A DNA stretch of 64,000 nt from assembly GCA_030248215.1 (NCBI GenBank), contig JASANG010001013.1:186001-250000 (forward strand), read 5' to 3'. Positions 25,209 through 36,188 of this stretch are shown here, piece after piece. Each line of letters starts with the position of its first letter. Position 1 is the first letter of the stretch. This DNA is from Enoplolaimus lenunculus. Lineage: Eukaryota. The notes under the pieces were generated by a model. The model saw nothing but the letters and a program-made list of their open reading frames with translations, had not been told where the DNA came from and did not search any database. A program made the position numbers and the translations under genes.

Positions 25209-27439
25209 TTAATTTATTGTAAACGATGCATCTGATGCTTTCGGATCTGTAATAATTACAGCAGTTCACAAAAAGCAAACGAGGCATCTGTACAAGGCAC
25301 AAGAGCTGATTTAAGGACAAAGGGCATATACGCGGAGGGGTGAGATATAACGGCTGAAGAAAACTCACGAACGATGAGAACCAGCATCCTAATATGCACG
25401 AGTAACCCGATACTTAACGTGAATGATTTGTGCCGACAGCTTAACATTGTTTCGCATGATGGATTGGTGGGGTTATCCAGGCGCCAGCAGTTTACCCCCG
25501 TCACTGGCGCTGGCGCTTTAGAGAGGTTAGGTTTGTATCGTCCAGGCACAAAATGTTCTTTGCTGCTTTATGAAATGAGAGATTGACCAGATGTTGTAAT
25601 TTGTGATAAAATAAATTGAATGAATAAAAGTAAAAAACACAGCCGGATATAATCAAAAGACACAGACGACATCAAAAAAAGAGTATTTTATTCATAAAAT
25701 TATCTTAAAATATAATTAAGTTTCCGCTCAAGCCATTAAAAACGAGTGTAAAAGTGCAAAAAAATCAATTCGACTAAGGATCGATTCAGATTCAGATCGA
25801 ATCAGAAAATTTTTACCTAAGCCCTATTCACACGTGCATGTTTTTGCTGCAACAACTCGCAGCTGCAAATTGCATGCAGAACTTGCATTTTTTTTATCAG
25901 CCAATGAGAAAGCGGTTACAATACTTTCATTGACCTTGCATGGTTATTCACATATGCGAACTAAATTCCTAGCTTTGATTTTTAATGAATTATTTACAGC
26001 TGCAAGTTTTTCAAACGGGATTTTGGAGAAAACTTGAATGTGTATTGGCGCAACCCTAAGGAATGAAGATTCCGTTTTGTGAAGTTGCAACTTTGTATAA
26101 AAGTTGTTTTTGAACGAGCGAATCGAGTGACAAATTTTTTGGACTCAAAAACAAAAAAAGCTGCTCAAAAGCTTCCAAAAATACCTATTTTCTAGTCTTC
26201 ATCAATTTTAAAATTAGTCCCGTATTTTTTCTTTGTATACGAGACCCTGCAAGAAATATTTTTTAGCATATAATTCGCATCCTCAATCAACTCTGCTAAA
26301 CACTTTCTGTTTAAAGCAAAACTCTCTTTGAAACCATCGCTTAGTCTTCGCTTGTTTGCTGTGGGTGAAAGTATCACCTGGGACGTTTCTTAGAGTCCTG
26401 TGATCAATTTTAACTTGAATATTTCAGTTGACATATTATCAATGAACCCAGCTGGAAATATAGACTACTACAGGGCGTCCGCAAGATAAAGGTTAGAGAC
26501 AACATATCTTCGCCGAAATTTCTAAAGAGAACAGATAAACCGATTAAACAGACGTTAGAAAGAAACTTCTGCTACTTAAAGGTAAAAAACCTGCCACTAA
26601 GTTGTACCTTTCCAAACTCAGATCCTATCCCCCAAGGAATTTTTATTACTTTTCCTAGGGGTGGCAAACGAAAATTGTAATATAAAATATATGACGTTTC
26701 GTTTGTATATATGTCCAGCGGCACAGCAGCTGATTCAAAAAACAAGTGGAACCAAATACGTGGGTGAACCATATATAATGGCGAAACAAATAATCGCCAA
26801 CGAGAACTCAAACGCAATTTGAGCAATTTAATAGGTTAAAAATGACGTCAGAAAAAATTTTCAAATTTTTTTCCTATTTTTTGACTAAATTTTGAGGATC
26901 GCCACAGAAACGAAACGACTCCCTCACCGATTATTCTGGCTCGAATGGCTGCGATAATATAAGCAGTGGCGTAGCCAGGCTTTCAATTCGGCTGGGTACA
27001 ATTTTTAAAACCATTTGAGGTTAAGAATTCACCGGTTAAATTCTAAAATCCGTTCAAAGTAGGGTTTTGTGTCTCCTGAAATTTTGACAGCAAATATATC
27101 CCTTTTATCTGTTGCCTTGTATATGGCTCAGGTTATATAATGTGTATTTAATTAATTTTCATGGTTAATATATAATTTAGCAATATTAATTTTGTTTGGC
27201 AAGCAATGAAGCTTGTAAACAGCATAAAATGTGTCAAAACACAAACTATTCGCCGAAATAACGTTATTTGCTCAGAAGCACATGATATGCTGCGGCGGCT
27301 ACCTCAAACGGCTGATATGCTTGTTTCGCAACTTATACGTTAAAGACAGTTGAAAACTTTTCCATTAACCCTTTCACATGAATATTTATATATTTCATTC
27401 GAAATACTATTCTCGTATTCTCAAATGTGTATAGCAGAG

Positions 27440-27620
27440 TATCACGGCAATTCATCGGTTGACAAATCGTCGCCTGACAACTTGTAATCCGAAAATAATT
27501 CGACTGGACAATTCGTCGCCTTGGGCAACGAATTGTCGAGTCAGATCAAATTTCGGATTACAAGTTGTCGGGCGACGTGTTGTCAGGCGAGGAATTGCCA
27601 GAAGACAAATTGTCGCGATA
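27440..27620. repeat. Palindromic MITE-like repeat built from GACAAWTYGTCG units
   Basis: GACAACTTGTAATCCGAAA pairs with TTTCGGATTACAAGTTGTC; a related degenerate copy lies at about 56030-56165. Confidence 0.6.
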
Positions 27621-28157
27621 TCGTTGCTCATAGTATACCCCGCGAAATCGGGTTGAACCGTGGCTTAATCGAGCAGGACGCGCTAAATAACCTTAGTTAA
27701 ACGGTGTATTTGACCAGGATCCAAAAGAAAAAACACATTTGATGAAAGAGTCGTGAAAATATTGAGGATTGTAAGGGAGATTTAAACGTTCAAATTTGTT
27801 GTTTATTTCGGTGCAATAAAATATAATTACATAAAACTAAACAATTCTGTCACAAAACAATCTGTTGAATGAAAACTAAGATATTCACGATATCCATAAA
27901 ATCGCTGGTTAGACTATTGGGTCAGATTTTGTCTGCTTATAGACCCCATATCGTATTCAAATATTCGTATTTGTCTGCTAATATCATGTATAGGTTACCT
28001 TTTGTCCTTCAATATCATATGATATTCGAGGCATTGTCTTCGTTCGCTGAACAAGCAAGTGGTAACTACCCATTGTTTGATATCCTTAACGAAAAAAATT
28101 AAAGCGAAAACCCCCCCCCCTGCCCCCACCCCCCCGCCCCCCCCCCCCCCCCCCGGA

Positions 28158-28304
28158 TTAAACAAAAATCTGGTTTATTTGCCAACAATTCTTAATTCTT
28201 GAAAACAACTAACTTCCATGAAAAAACCCCCGCAAACCTTGTTAACCTGCATATTATATCTTCGCAATACTACTTCATATGCAAATTTATGTAAATTTAG
28301 CACA
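28158..28304 (-). repeat. 3' LTR
   Basis: Copy of the 5' LTR. Only the terminal CA next to the poly-C tract is disturbed. Confidence 0.93.
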
Positions 28305-28312
28305 CTCCCAAC
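28305..28312 (-). promoter_or_regulatory. Short polypurine tract
   Basis: GTTGGGAG directly abuts the 3' LTR on the minus strand. Confidence 0.6.
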
Positions 28313-28329
28313 TGAAAGCTAAACCGTTG

Positions 28330-29494
28330 CTAATCATGTTTCAGTTTCCCAAAGCAATTTCGTTTAACCGCTAAGTGGTTTTTTGACAATTCATAACTAA
28401 CATTCTTCAACTCGGGCACACAATTGACCCATGCCAACCACATTTCACGAAAGCCGGAGTGATTAAGATGAAACCCGTCTTTGTCAAATAGGTTTGAATT
28501 ATATGTAGAAGTAGTTCCCTCTCCAAATGGACTATTCGGATACGAAAACCAATTAAGACACAATACTTTTGAATTGTTAAGTTGCATTTGAACCCACTCA
28601 GTGTGGTTTTTAGCATTTGGTACTGCAGGGTGGGGAATTGAGCAGCTGACTAATAATTTGATATCAGGAAAAGTTTCAGAAACATAATTCAAATGTCGCG
28701 CCAATTTTTCCCATGAATCATTCCATGATTGCTGAGCCCTTTGCGCATCGTTTACTCCACAATTTACCACGACCACAGCGAATCTAGATAAGTGTAAGCC
28801 TCTGATTGAAATTTCGTCGGCTAAATCACAAAACTTTCCCCCGAAATACAAACTACAACTCCACCATAAATCGATTGCAAATGTATACACTGACTGTCTG
28901 AGAGCACTAATACTGTCTGCGTATAACTTGAGGACATTTGATCCTTCTTCTTTTGCAGTTGCTTAACACCAAACCGCGGCACCTTTCGCCGTTCGATATG
29001 CAAAACGGCAAGTTTTGTAAGCATTTCACCGTAAAGATTGAACCCAGGATATTTTTCTCGCTGAGTTGCTGGACCGCATCGAAGACCACATGACCAGACA
29101 AACTCTGATCTAGCTTGACAATTAACAAACTGTATCAACTTTGGATTGCTTACAGAAGCCAGAATCTCTAAAAAACAGCACGACACATGTTGTTATTATG
29201 TTTCATAAGATTAATCAAAATGTCTAAGTACACATCATCTGCGCGAAACACCCATTCTGGCGAAAGCTGAAATCCATCCTGTTTTAGAAAAGCGCTAATC
29301 TCCGACGGATTATTTTGACAAACTGAACTTAGCAGCAATTTTTTGCTGATGTCCTTTTCATCATGCTGTAAAAGCATAAGATACCAGTACATCATTTCAA
29401 TAGACGTTACAGTTGTTTTGCCAAATTGTAGTGATTGAAACCGGTAAAAACGGGACAACGGAGACTGAGCATTGATAAATTGACGATGCGACAT
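28330..29494 (-). CDS. Retrotransposon ORF3: NADAR/YbiA-like domain fused to SGNH/GDSL hydrolase (about 388 aa after repairing two 1-nt homopolymer slips)
   Basis: Joins ORFs 29168-29494, 28821-29186 and 28330-28890 at a T6 run (29170-29175) and a G5 run (28838-28842). NADAR-like motifs: SPLSRFY, SIE, WSCGL...YPGFNLYGEMLTKL. SGNH blocks: LSDSQ, ISGG, CGVND, DGFHLN. Confidence 0.75.
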
Positions 29495-29570
29495 ACCGGC
29501 AACTATAACAAAACAAAATAATTAACTGAAAATATATACTACGAAATTATACTGTCTAAAGGTATCGACA

Positions 29571-30967
29571 CTAGTACTCAACGGATCCTTGCGACAAACT
29601 GTCTTGTTCGTCAGCGTGTACTACTGAAGGTTGGCTTTCGTTGTTAACAGGAACCTCAATAGGGAATAATTGCTGTAACGATCGTTTCAACACACGACCG
29701 TTTGCCATCCTGACGGCTGCTGAACGAACTTTATTATCTATACTCGGATAGAGACACACTATTTTCCCCATCTTCCACTGCCCACGTGGTAAATTGTCCT
29801 TAACGACCACTACTGATCCAATTTCAGGATGTAACTCACTGCTACCGCGATTGCTGAAACAAAAGTTATTTCTCAGACTCAACAAATACTGATTTCGCCA
29901 AGTGTTCCAAAATAAACTGAGAACGGCTTGCATGCGTTTGAACGTTAGAACTAATGACTGATGAGTAGCAGATTTCACTTGAACGTTCCCTAAATCTTTG
30001 GCAAACGAAGCAACCCCCAAACGGGGACCTCGTATAAAATGTGCAGGTGTAAGCGGTGCGTTTTCCACTTCGGTTCCTAAGTACGTGAGCGGACGAATGT
30101 TAACAACCGAACAAACTTCGGTCGCCACAGTCTGAAGCTCGATAAGTGAGACACAACGTTTGTCCAATGAAGCTTTTAGAGCTCGTTTAACACAACCTAC
30201 CATTCTTTCAAAAAATCCCCTCATCCAGGGAGATAACTCAGTTATGAATTTCCACGTTATACCTTCACATGCAGCGAAGTTGCGTACTTGTACCGATTCG
30301 AAAACCTGTCTAATAAACTGCTCTGTAGCCTGCAACTGTTTTCCGTTGTCTGATACAATCAATGTAGGTTTTCCATAAAATGACATAAACCTGCGCAGAC
30401 ACATTAAAAATTGGCACGCTGTTAGATCAGCAGCTATTTCCAGATGAACAGCACGTACGGCCGCGCACGTAAAGAGACAAATCCAAACTTTCTGATTGGA
30501 ACCTGTTGTAACTTTTATGAACAGTGGTCCCATATAATCAATACCAATGCAGTCAAATGCCCGAGTACTTTCAACGCGAAATGATGGTAATTGGGGAGGA
30601 GTTGGATACTTGAATGGCCCACCTTTCAATTGACGGCATACTCTGCACTCCGCTAAGATTGATTTGACTCTACTGCGACCGTGAATTATCCAATATTTTT
30701 GTCTTGTCAGTGCGAGAGTATGAGTAACACCTGCATGAAACGCTCGAACGTGGGTGTCCATGACTATCAGTTTCGTAAAATAGGCATGTTTAGGTAACAA
30801 TATAGGAATTTTAGCGTCTTCAGGTAACTCACTGTTTCCAAGACGACCTCGGCATCGAATCAATCCATCATCATCAAGGTATAAGCTTAACTGCCGAACT
30901 AAGGTGTCTCGTTTTCCGGTAGCAATGGATACTTGCAGTGATGCAAAGTGACCGTCTTGCGCCCGTT
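29571..30967 (-). CDS. pol: BEL/Pao integrase (continuation of Pol after a 1-nt frameshift near 30968)
   Basis: H..H/C..C zinc finger (HVRAFH...CRVC), DDE core GIDYMGP / SDNG / GFFERMVG, and a C-terminal FWNTWRNQYLLSLR...RGQWKMG region. Confidence 0.95.
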
Positions 30968-32998
30968 TTCCCACAGTTTCAGAGCTTCAGCTAATTCATA
31001 CGAAGTGAGCGCTTCTAAATTTGAATTCATTCGAGACACCCTATGTAATAAATTGTTGACGAAGCGAAGGACCCAAGCGGTCACTCGTAATAGACGTAAT
31101 AACGTTGAAAATTTTGTAATGTCCATAAATTCATCTAAGACATTAACGGACTTCGTAACAACTGCTAATGTTTTTTCTTCAGTTTTGGATAAACCGTCTT
31201 CGCTACTTTGCGATAACTCGTTTGCTGGCCACTGATCACGGTCAATTAACCAACTTGGACCATGCCACCATTGTGGATTAACCATCAAATCTTGGTAAGT
31301 GCATCCTCGAGAAATTAAATCTGCTGGATTGTCTTGTGTTGGTACATATCGAAAGGTGATTCCTTCGTAAGATTTAATCTCAGACACGCGGTTGTGAACA
31401 AATTTGGGTTGAACTGACGATTTTTTCAACCAGTGCAATACACACTGCGAATCCGTCCACGCTACCTTGTCGATTATTTTAATGCGCAGCTGGTTGACCA
31501 CAAATGCAATTAGGCGGACTGAAATTAGGACACCCATTAGTTCCAAACGAGGAATGGAAAGTTCTTTTAATGGAGCGACCCGTGATTTAGCAAACACCAA
31601 CTGTGATTCTGTCATACCATTTTGTTGTCGGTTAAGGTAAACACATGCACCAAATGCTTTTGCTGATGAATCGCTAAAAGAATGAAGGCTGAAAGTTGCA
31701 TTTTCGTTTGTTGGTGCAGCAAAATAGCAGCGAGGAATGGAAAATTCCGAAATGCGCTTAACTTCTGCAGTGCAATTACACCATTCTTTGTACAATTCTG
31801 GTGAAAGAGTGGAATCCCAGCTGTAATTCTGTTTCCATAATTTTTGAATCAGTATTTTGCCTGTAACCGTAACTGCTGCAAAGTATCCGCACGGATCATA
31901 TACTTTGGCAAGAGTGCTTAACGCCAAACGTTTAGTTACGGCTGTTGTGACTGGAGTAATTGAAATGCCTGTTGAAAGTGTGTCATTTTCTGTGTCCCAA
32001 CTGAGACCTAGTACCTTCGTTTTAGTTTCTTTTCCACGGCCTTTTTCTGCAAATTCATTCCGAAGGCAGGTACTATTGGTAAACCACTCTCTAAGGTTCA
32101 TATTTGCTTTGCGAAACAATTCTTTTGCGTTAACATAAAATGTGGTAGCCTTTCCTATAGTCGATGCTCCTGTTATAATGTTATCAACGTAAATATTTCC
32201 TGCAATATTGTTAACGACGTCTATTTTCGAGTGTTCAATATGATACTGTATTGTAGCTGCTAGTAGAAAAGGGCTCGATATCACTCCAAAAGAAACTCGA
32301 CAAAACCGATACGTGACTAAGTTAGTTAAACAAACCGGCTTATTGATGGTTTTGAGCCAAAGAAATCGCGTAACATCTCGTGAACATGTTTTTAAACCAA
32401 CCTGCAGAAATGCCTTTTCTATATCGCTTATGACCGCTATTGGATGCAGGCGGAATCTTATTATAAGACCACACAAATCATCAAGAATAATTGGCCCTCG
32501 TAACAAACTTTCGTTGAGACTGGGTAACGTTTTATTCATTTTGGCCGATGCATCATAAACTATTCGCAATTTGGTTGTAGTCTTTGCTGGAGACAACACG
32601 TAGTGGTGCGGAATATAATGAACTTTCCCGGGTTCTGCCGGATTCGTTGCTTCTTCAATTATACCGTTGCGTAACTGATCAAGAATTGTTTCACTGTATT
32701 TTTGCAACACATCTGATTTCTGGGCTATTCGTTTTACTAACGTTTTGAGACGACCGAAAGCAAGTTGATAATTATCTGGTAATTCAGGCACATTTTGTTT
32801 CCACGGCCATTCTACGTAATACCGGCCGTTCTGATATATAATCGTGCTGTTGAATACCTTAAGTGCTTCATCATCATCTGTTGAAACTTTGCATGGTTTA
32901 ATTCCTATGTCTTCCAGACTCCAGAACCGTTCAATATCGATCGTTGACTCGGAGGTAGAATTGGTTTGTGATAAGAAAAGAACTGAATGAACATGATT
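30968..32998 (-). CDS. pol: BEL/Pao Pol, RT and RNase H region (in frame with gag after the TAG)
   Basis: IERFWSLEDIGI, YIPHH, KLRIVYDAS, SDIEKAFLQV, FGVISSPFLL, YVDN, LHSFSDSS, SIPRLEL, WTDS, NPADLISRG. Confidence 0.95.
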
Positions 32999-34882
32999 CT
33001 ACTTGTTTTTAGACAGAACTTTTCCCGTTACTATATAACCCAGTGTAGACGATAACAAAACAACTCCACTTGACAATTTTATTTGCTCTGGACCAGTAAA
33101 ATCGTAATAGTAATCAGTGCCAACTAAAATTTCAATTTCAACCATTTCGGGTTTTGAAGTAAGTGGTTCAGCCAGTGGCAATTTGGTCATAACACACCGA
33201 GAATGTTCGTCAAGCGGTACCTTTTCGATTTCACAAGAAATTACAGGTGTGACGTTCGCTGTTATTAACTGCTGAGTTCCATCGGGCCGCCTAATTCCAA
33301 ACTTTACAGACTTGTAATCAACTGTTCTACGTGTGGCATCCGCAAATCCAGCAATTGCGACTGTCTCATTAGGTTTGCGACTAACTACGATTTTTTCACT
33401 AAGCCTGCTTGTAATAAAAGAACGAGAGCATCCAGTATCAAAAAGAATGCGGGCGTAAACAGGCTGCCCGTTTTTGCCGTTCAATGTTGCTACGGCTGTT
33501 TGTAAAATAGCTGTTTCTCCGTAAGCAATTAACTGATTGGCGACTTGCGAAGTTTTACTATTAGTTTCGACCGTTAGAACAGAAGTTGCTTCTGGATTAT
33601 TGGACCGGTTGGTTGACTCTGCGGAAAATTTTACTGTACACAGGCTTCTGTGGTGACCGAACTTGTGACAGTGTGCACATGATCGTTTGCTCTGGCATAC
33701 TTTTGCCAAATGTTTGTTGCTTAGACACTTGAAACATCTTTTAGACTTAATAGCCTGCTGCTTACGACTACTTGAATCTGAATATCTATCACACTGATCT
33801 GCGTAATGTGTCCCACTACAAAAACTGCAACGGGGATTTGCCGTTGTATAACTAGCTACTAATGCCGATGTAGTTCCTCCCGTAGTTTTATTTAGACGAA
33901 CTACATGTCCGGACTGACGTTTTCCTATTTCCTGCTCTTTGGACGCGCCTGTCTGATTACCGAATACTCTTTGACTGTATTCGCGAGCTCTAATTTCCTC
34001 TTTCAGCCATTCTCGAAGGTTAGACAACTCCCAAGGGCTTGATCCATTTTTCCTGTGAAGTTCCATTTTTGCAAATGTTGGTAATTTTGCCAGAATTATA
34101 GGTGTGAATACCTGCCCAAAAGTTTTCTCTTGTAAACCTAACGCCACTAAGCTTCGTATGTGGCTCTCGCATTCGTCAAAGGTTTTTTGTAATTGTCTAA
34201 TGTCATGCGTCGCCGTAGGAATTGCAAGCATAGACTCTAAATGTGCGAAAATTGCTAATTGGGGATTGCCGAAACGTTCGCGTAACGCTTCAACAGCTTC
34301 TGTATAGTTTGCATTTGTAAGGCGATAACCATCGATTAAACGCAGCGCATCACTTTCTAGGAAACTTCTTAGATACTTAAATTTATCTACATTGGCTAGT
34401 TGTTCATTTTGATGTATGGTGGTCACAAAACTATCCCAAAATTCAGTCCACCTTAAAGGATCCCCACCGAATTTTTTCATTTCCAGTTTCGGTAGTTTTG
34501 CGTATAGTACTTTTGATTCATTTACAGATGTTTCCAATGTAGCCTGTTTGCGCGTCTCTGTAGGATTCGATTCCGGAAACAAATGCTCCTGGGTACTAAG
34601 GGTTGAAATAGCTTCAAGCATTATATCATCCAAGTCTGCTGCTTGCTTGCTTTCTATTTCACCCTCTTGATCATCCTCAATTGACAATAAAATTTCATCG
34701 TTTAGTTTCGAAATACGATTGCGGTAGTACTTTATTTTGTTTGAGCATACTGCAATGCCTTGTAAGTCTAGATCTTTAGCTTGTTGTGAAAAAAGTTGCG
34801 CCTTTGCCAACTCTTTTTTAACGTTTGATATTAGCGCATTTCTTTGGCGCTTTGCTCGCAATAATTCCTGGTCAGTAGACAT
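32999..34882 (-). CDS. gag: BEL/Pao Gag + aspartic protease (627 aa up to an in-frame TAG)
   Basis: LPKLEMKKFGGDPLRWTEFWDSF (DUF1759-type Gag); knuckles CSFC..H..C, CFKC..H..C, CAHC..HH..LC; protease LFDTGC and ILVGTD. Confidence 0.93.
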   Translation of the reverse strand: MSTDQELLRAKRQRNALISNVKKELAKAQLFSQQAKDLDLQGIAVCSNKIKYYRNRISKLNDEILLSIEDDQEGEIESKQAADLDDIMLEAISTLSTQEHLFPESNPTETRKQATLETSVNESKVLYAKLPKLEMKKFGGDPLRWTEFWDSFVTTIHQNEQLANVDKFKYLRSFLESDALRLIDGYRLTNANYTEAVEALRERFGNPQLAIFAHLESMLAIPTATHDIRQLQKTFDECESHIRSLVALGLQEKTFGQVFTPIILAKLPTFAKMELHRKNGSSPWELSNLREWLKEEIRAREYSQRVFGNQTGASKEQEIGKRQSGHVVRLNKTTGGTTSALVASYTTANPRCSFCSGTHYADQCDRYSDSSSRKQQAIKSKRCFKCLSNKHLAKVCQSKRSCAHCHKFGHHRSLCTVKFSAESTNRSNNPEATSVLTVETNSKTSQVANQLIAYGETAILQTAVATLNGKNGQPVYARILFDTGCSRSFITSRLSEKIVVSRKPNETVAIAGFADATRRTVDYKSVKFGIRRPDGTQQLITANVTPVISCEIEKVPLDEHSRCVMTKLPLAEPLTSKPEMVEIEILVGTDYYYDFTGPEQIKLSSGVVLLSSTLGYIVTGKVLSKNK

Positions 34883-35164
34883 CGGATATCAGATACTAAT
34901 AGAAAATAAACAAACGTTACCTTTATATCACTCTCAAATTTTGCACCTCACTACTGTTCTACAGATTCCCAAAATTGAGGTTGTTGTAGTTGTAGTTTAA
35001 ACAATCAGCGCTAAAACCTGGCACCGATTGTTTGTAAATGTCTCCTGAAACCATGTATTCAATAAGTATTCCAATGAAATGATGTGCTTACCGAATCTGT
35101 TTGTTATTTCCACTGTAAACGCTGTTTGACCATACACCAAAAGTTGCACTGGCAGAGTAATATC

Positions 35165-35174
35165 CGAAGGACCA
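35165..35174 (-). promoter_or_regulatory. Primer-binding site, probably tRNA-Tyr
   Basis: TGGTCCTTCG lies immediately 3' of the 5' LTR and is complementary to the ...CGAAGGACCA 3' end of animal tRNA-Tyr. Confidence 0.8.
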
Positions 35175-35322
35175 TGTAAACAAAAATCTGGTTTATTTGC
35201 CAACAATTCTTAATTCTTGAAAACAACTAACTTCCATGAAAAAACCCCCGCAAACCTTGTTAACCTGCATATTATATCTTCGCAATACTACTTCATATGC
35301 AAATTTATGTAAATTTAGCACA
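35175..35322 (-). repeat. 5' LTR (148 bp, TG...CA)
   Basis: The minus strand reads TGTGCTAAATTT...TTTGTTTACA. 35177-35322 is identical by eye to 28159-28304 and contains AATAAA on the minus strand. Confidence 0.95.
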
Positions 35323-35938
35323 AAAAAGGGGGGGGGGGGGGGGGGAGCGAAAGGGGGGGTTTTGGGGGGGGGGGGGGTGAGCCCCCACTGCCCTCCATGG
35401 CTACGGGCCCGCTCTGTTGCCAGTAGAAAGGGTCAAAAATTCAGGGAGACGTAGGTGGCGATTTGACAGTATTTACAAGCAGTGTTAAAAATTTTCGAGC
35501 GGGGGCTAAATTTCTGAAAAGTGTGCGGCTAAGTTTTCCGTGGTCCCCCTCTAACTAAAGGCCCCAAAAATCGTTGTAGCCTTTACGGTGGCACATGATT
35601 TTTGCGTCAGTGAGTGATAAATTACGCAAAAATCATTGCGCTGTTCATCGCCATATTTTTAGATAAGCATTAATTTAAGCAAATTTGATTTAAAATTTAA
35701 AATATTCCGTGTATTTTGCTAATTAAATTTCGTGTATCTGAAACGACGTGAAAAATTTAAAATTCTTCCAAAAATGTGACTGTGAACAGACTAGCCAGCG
35801 TCTTGTACGAGCAGATTAGCGTTACAAACGCCTACGATTTAAACTTTTTATTGCTAAAATTTAAAAAATGCTATAGATTTGTCACAAAATGAAATCGTGG
35901 CTACGCCAGTGGTTGTCAAATACTAACAGTTTTACTTC

Positions 35939-36188
35939 GGTCAATGTAAAGAACAGGGGCAGAACAGTATTATAAGAATATTCCTAAGCCTAAGCGTAAG
36001 CCTAAGCGTAAGAATCAGCATATTCCTACGCCTAAGCCTAAGCCTAAGCCTAAGCGTAAGAATGCGCATATTCTTAAGCCTAAACCTAAGCCTAAGCCTA
36101 AGCCAATCAAAAAAATTAGTCTAAATCTTAAACGCACTCTTTTCTAGTCCCACAGAAAAACGTTCCGCCCCTGATCTTTACATGAGCC
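35939..36188. mobile_element. Family A telomere-repeat MITE
   Basis: TIRs, GCCTAA blocks, TSD TTTACTTC/ATTACTTC. Confidence 0.85.

Larger units (their letters stand above)
28158..35322 (-). mobile_element. Full-length BEL/Pao (Belpaoviridae) LTR retrotransposon with an extra 3' ORF
   Basis: Direct-repeat LTRs at both ends, PBS and PPT. Gag has three Cys-His knuckles, and pol has the order protease-RT-RNaseH-integrase with a YVDN RT motif typical of BEL/Pao. Confidence 0.97.

Noticed and set aside
28330..29494. env glycoprotein gene
   Set aside because: No signal peptide, transmembrane anchor or fusion-protein Cys pattern; the motifs are hydrolase-type.
30160..35000. Plus-strand ORFs overlapping the retrotransposon
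   Set aside because: Antisense shadows of gag-pol with no recognisable motifs.
35939..36188. True telomere or chromosome-fusion scar
   Set aside because: The hexamer runs are short, interrupted and always enclosed by TIRs and TSDs.
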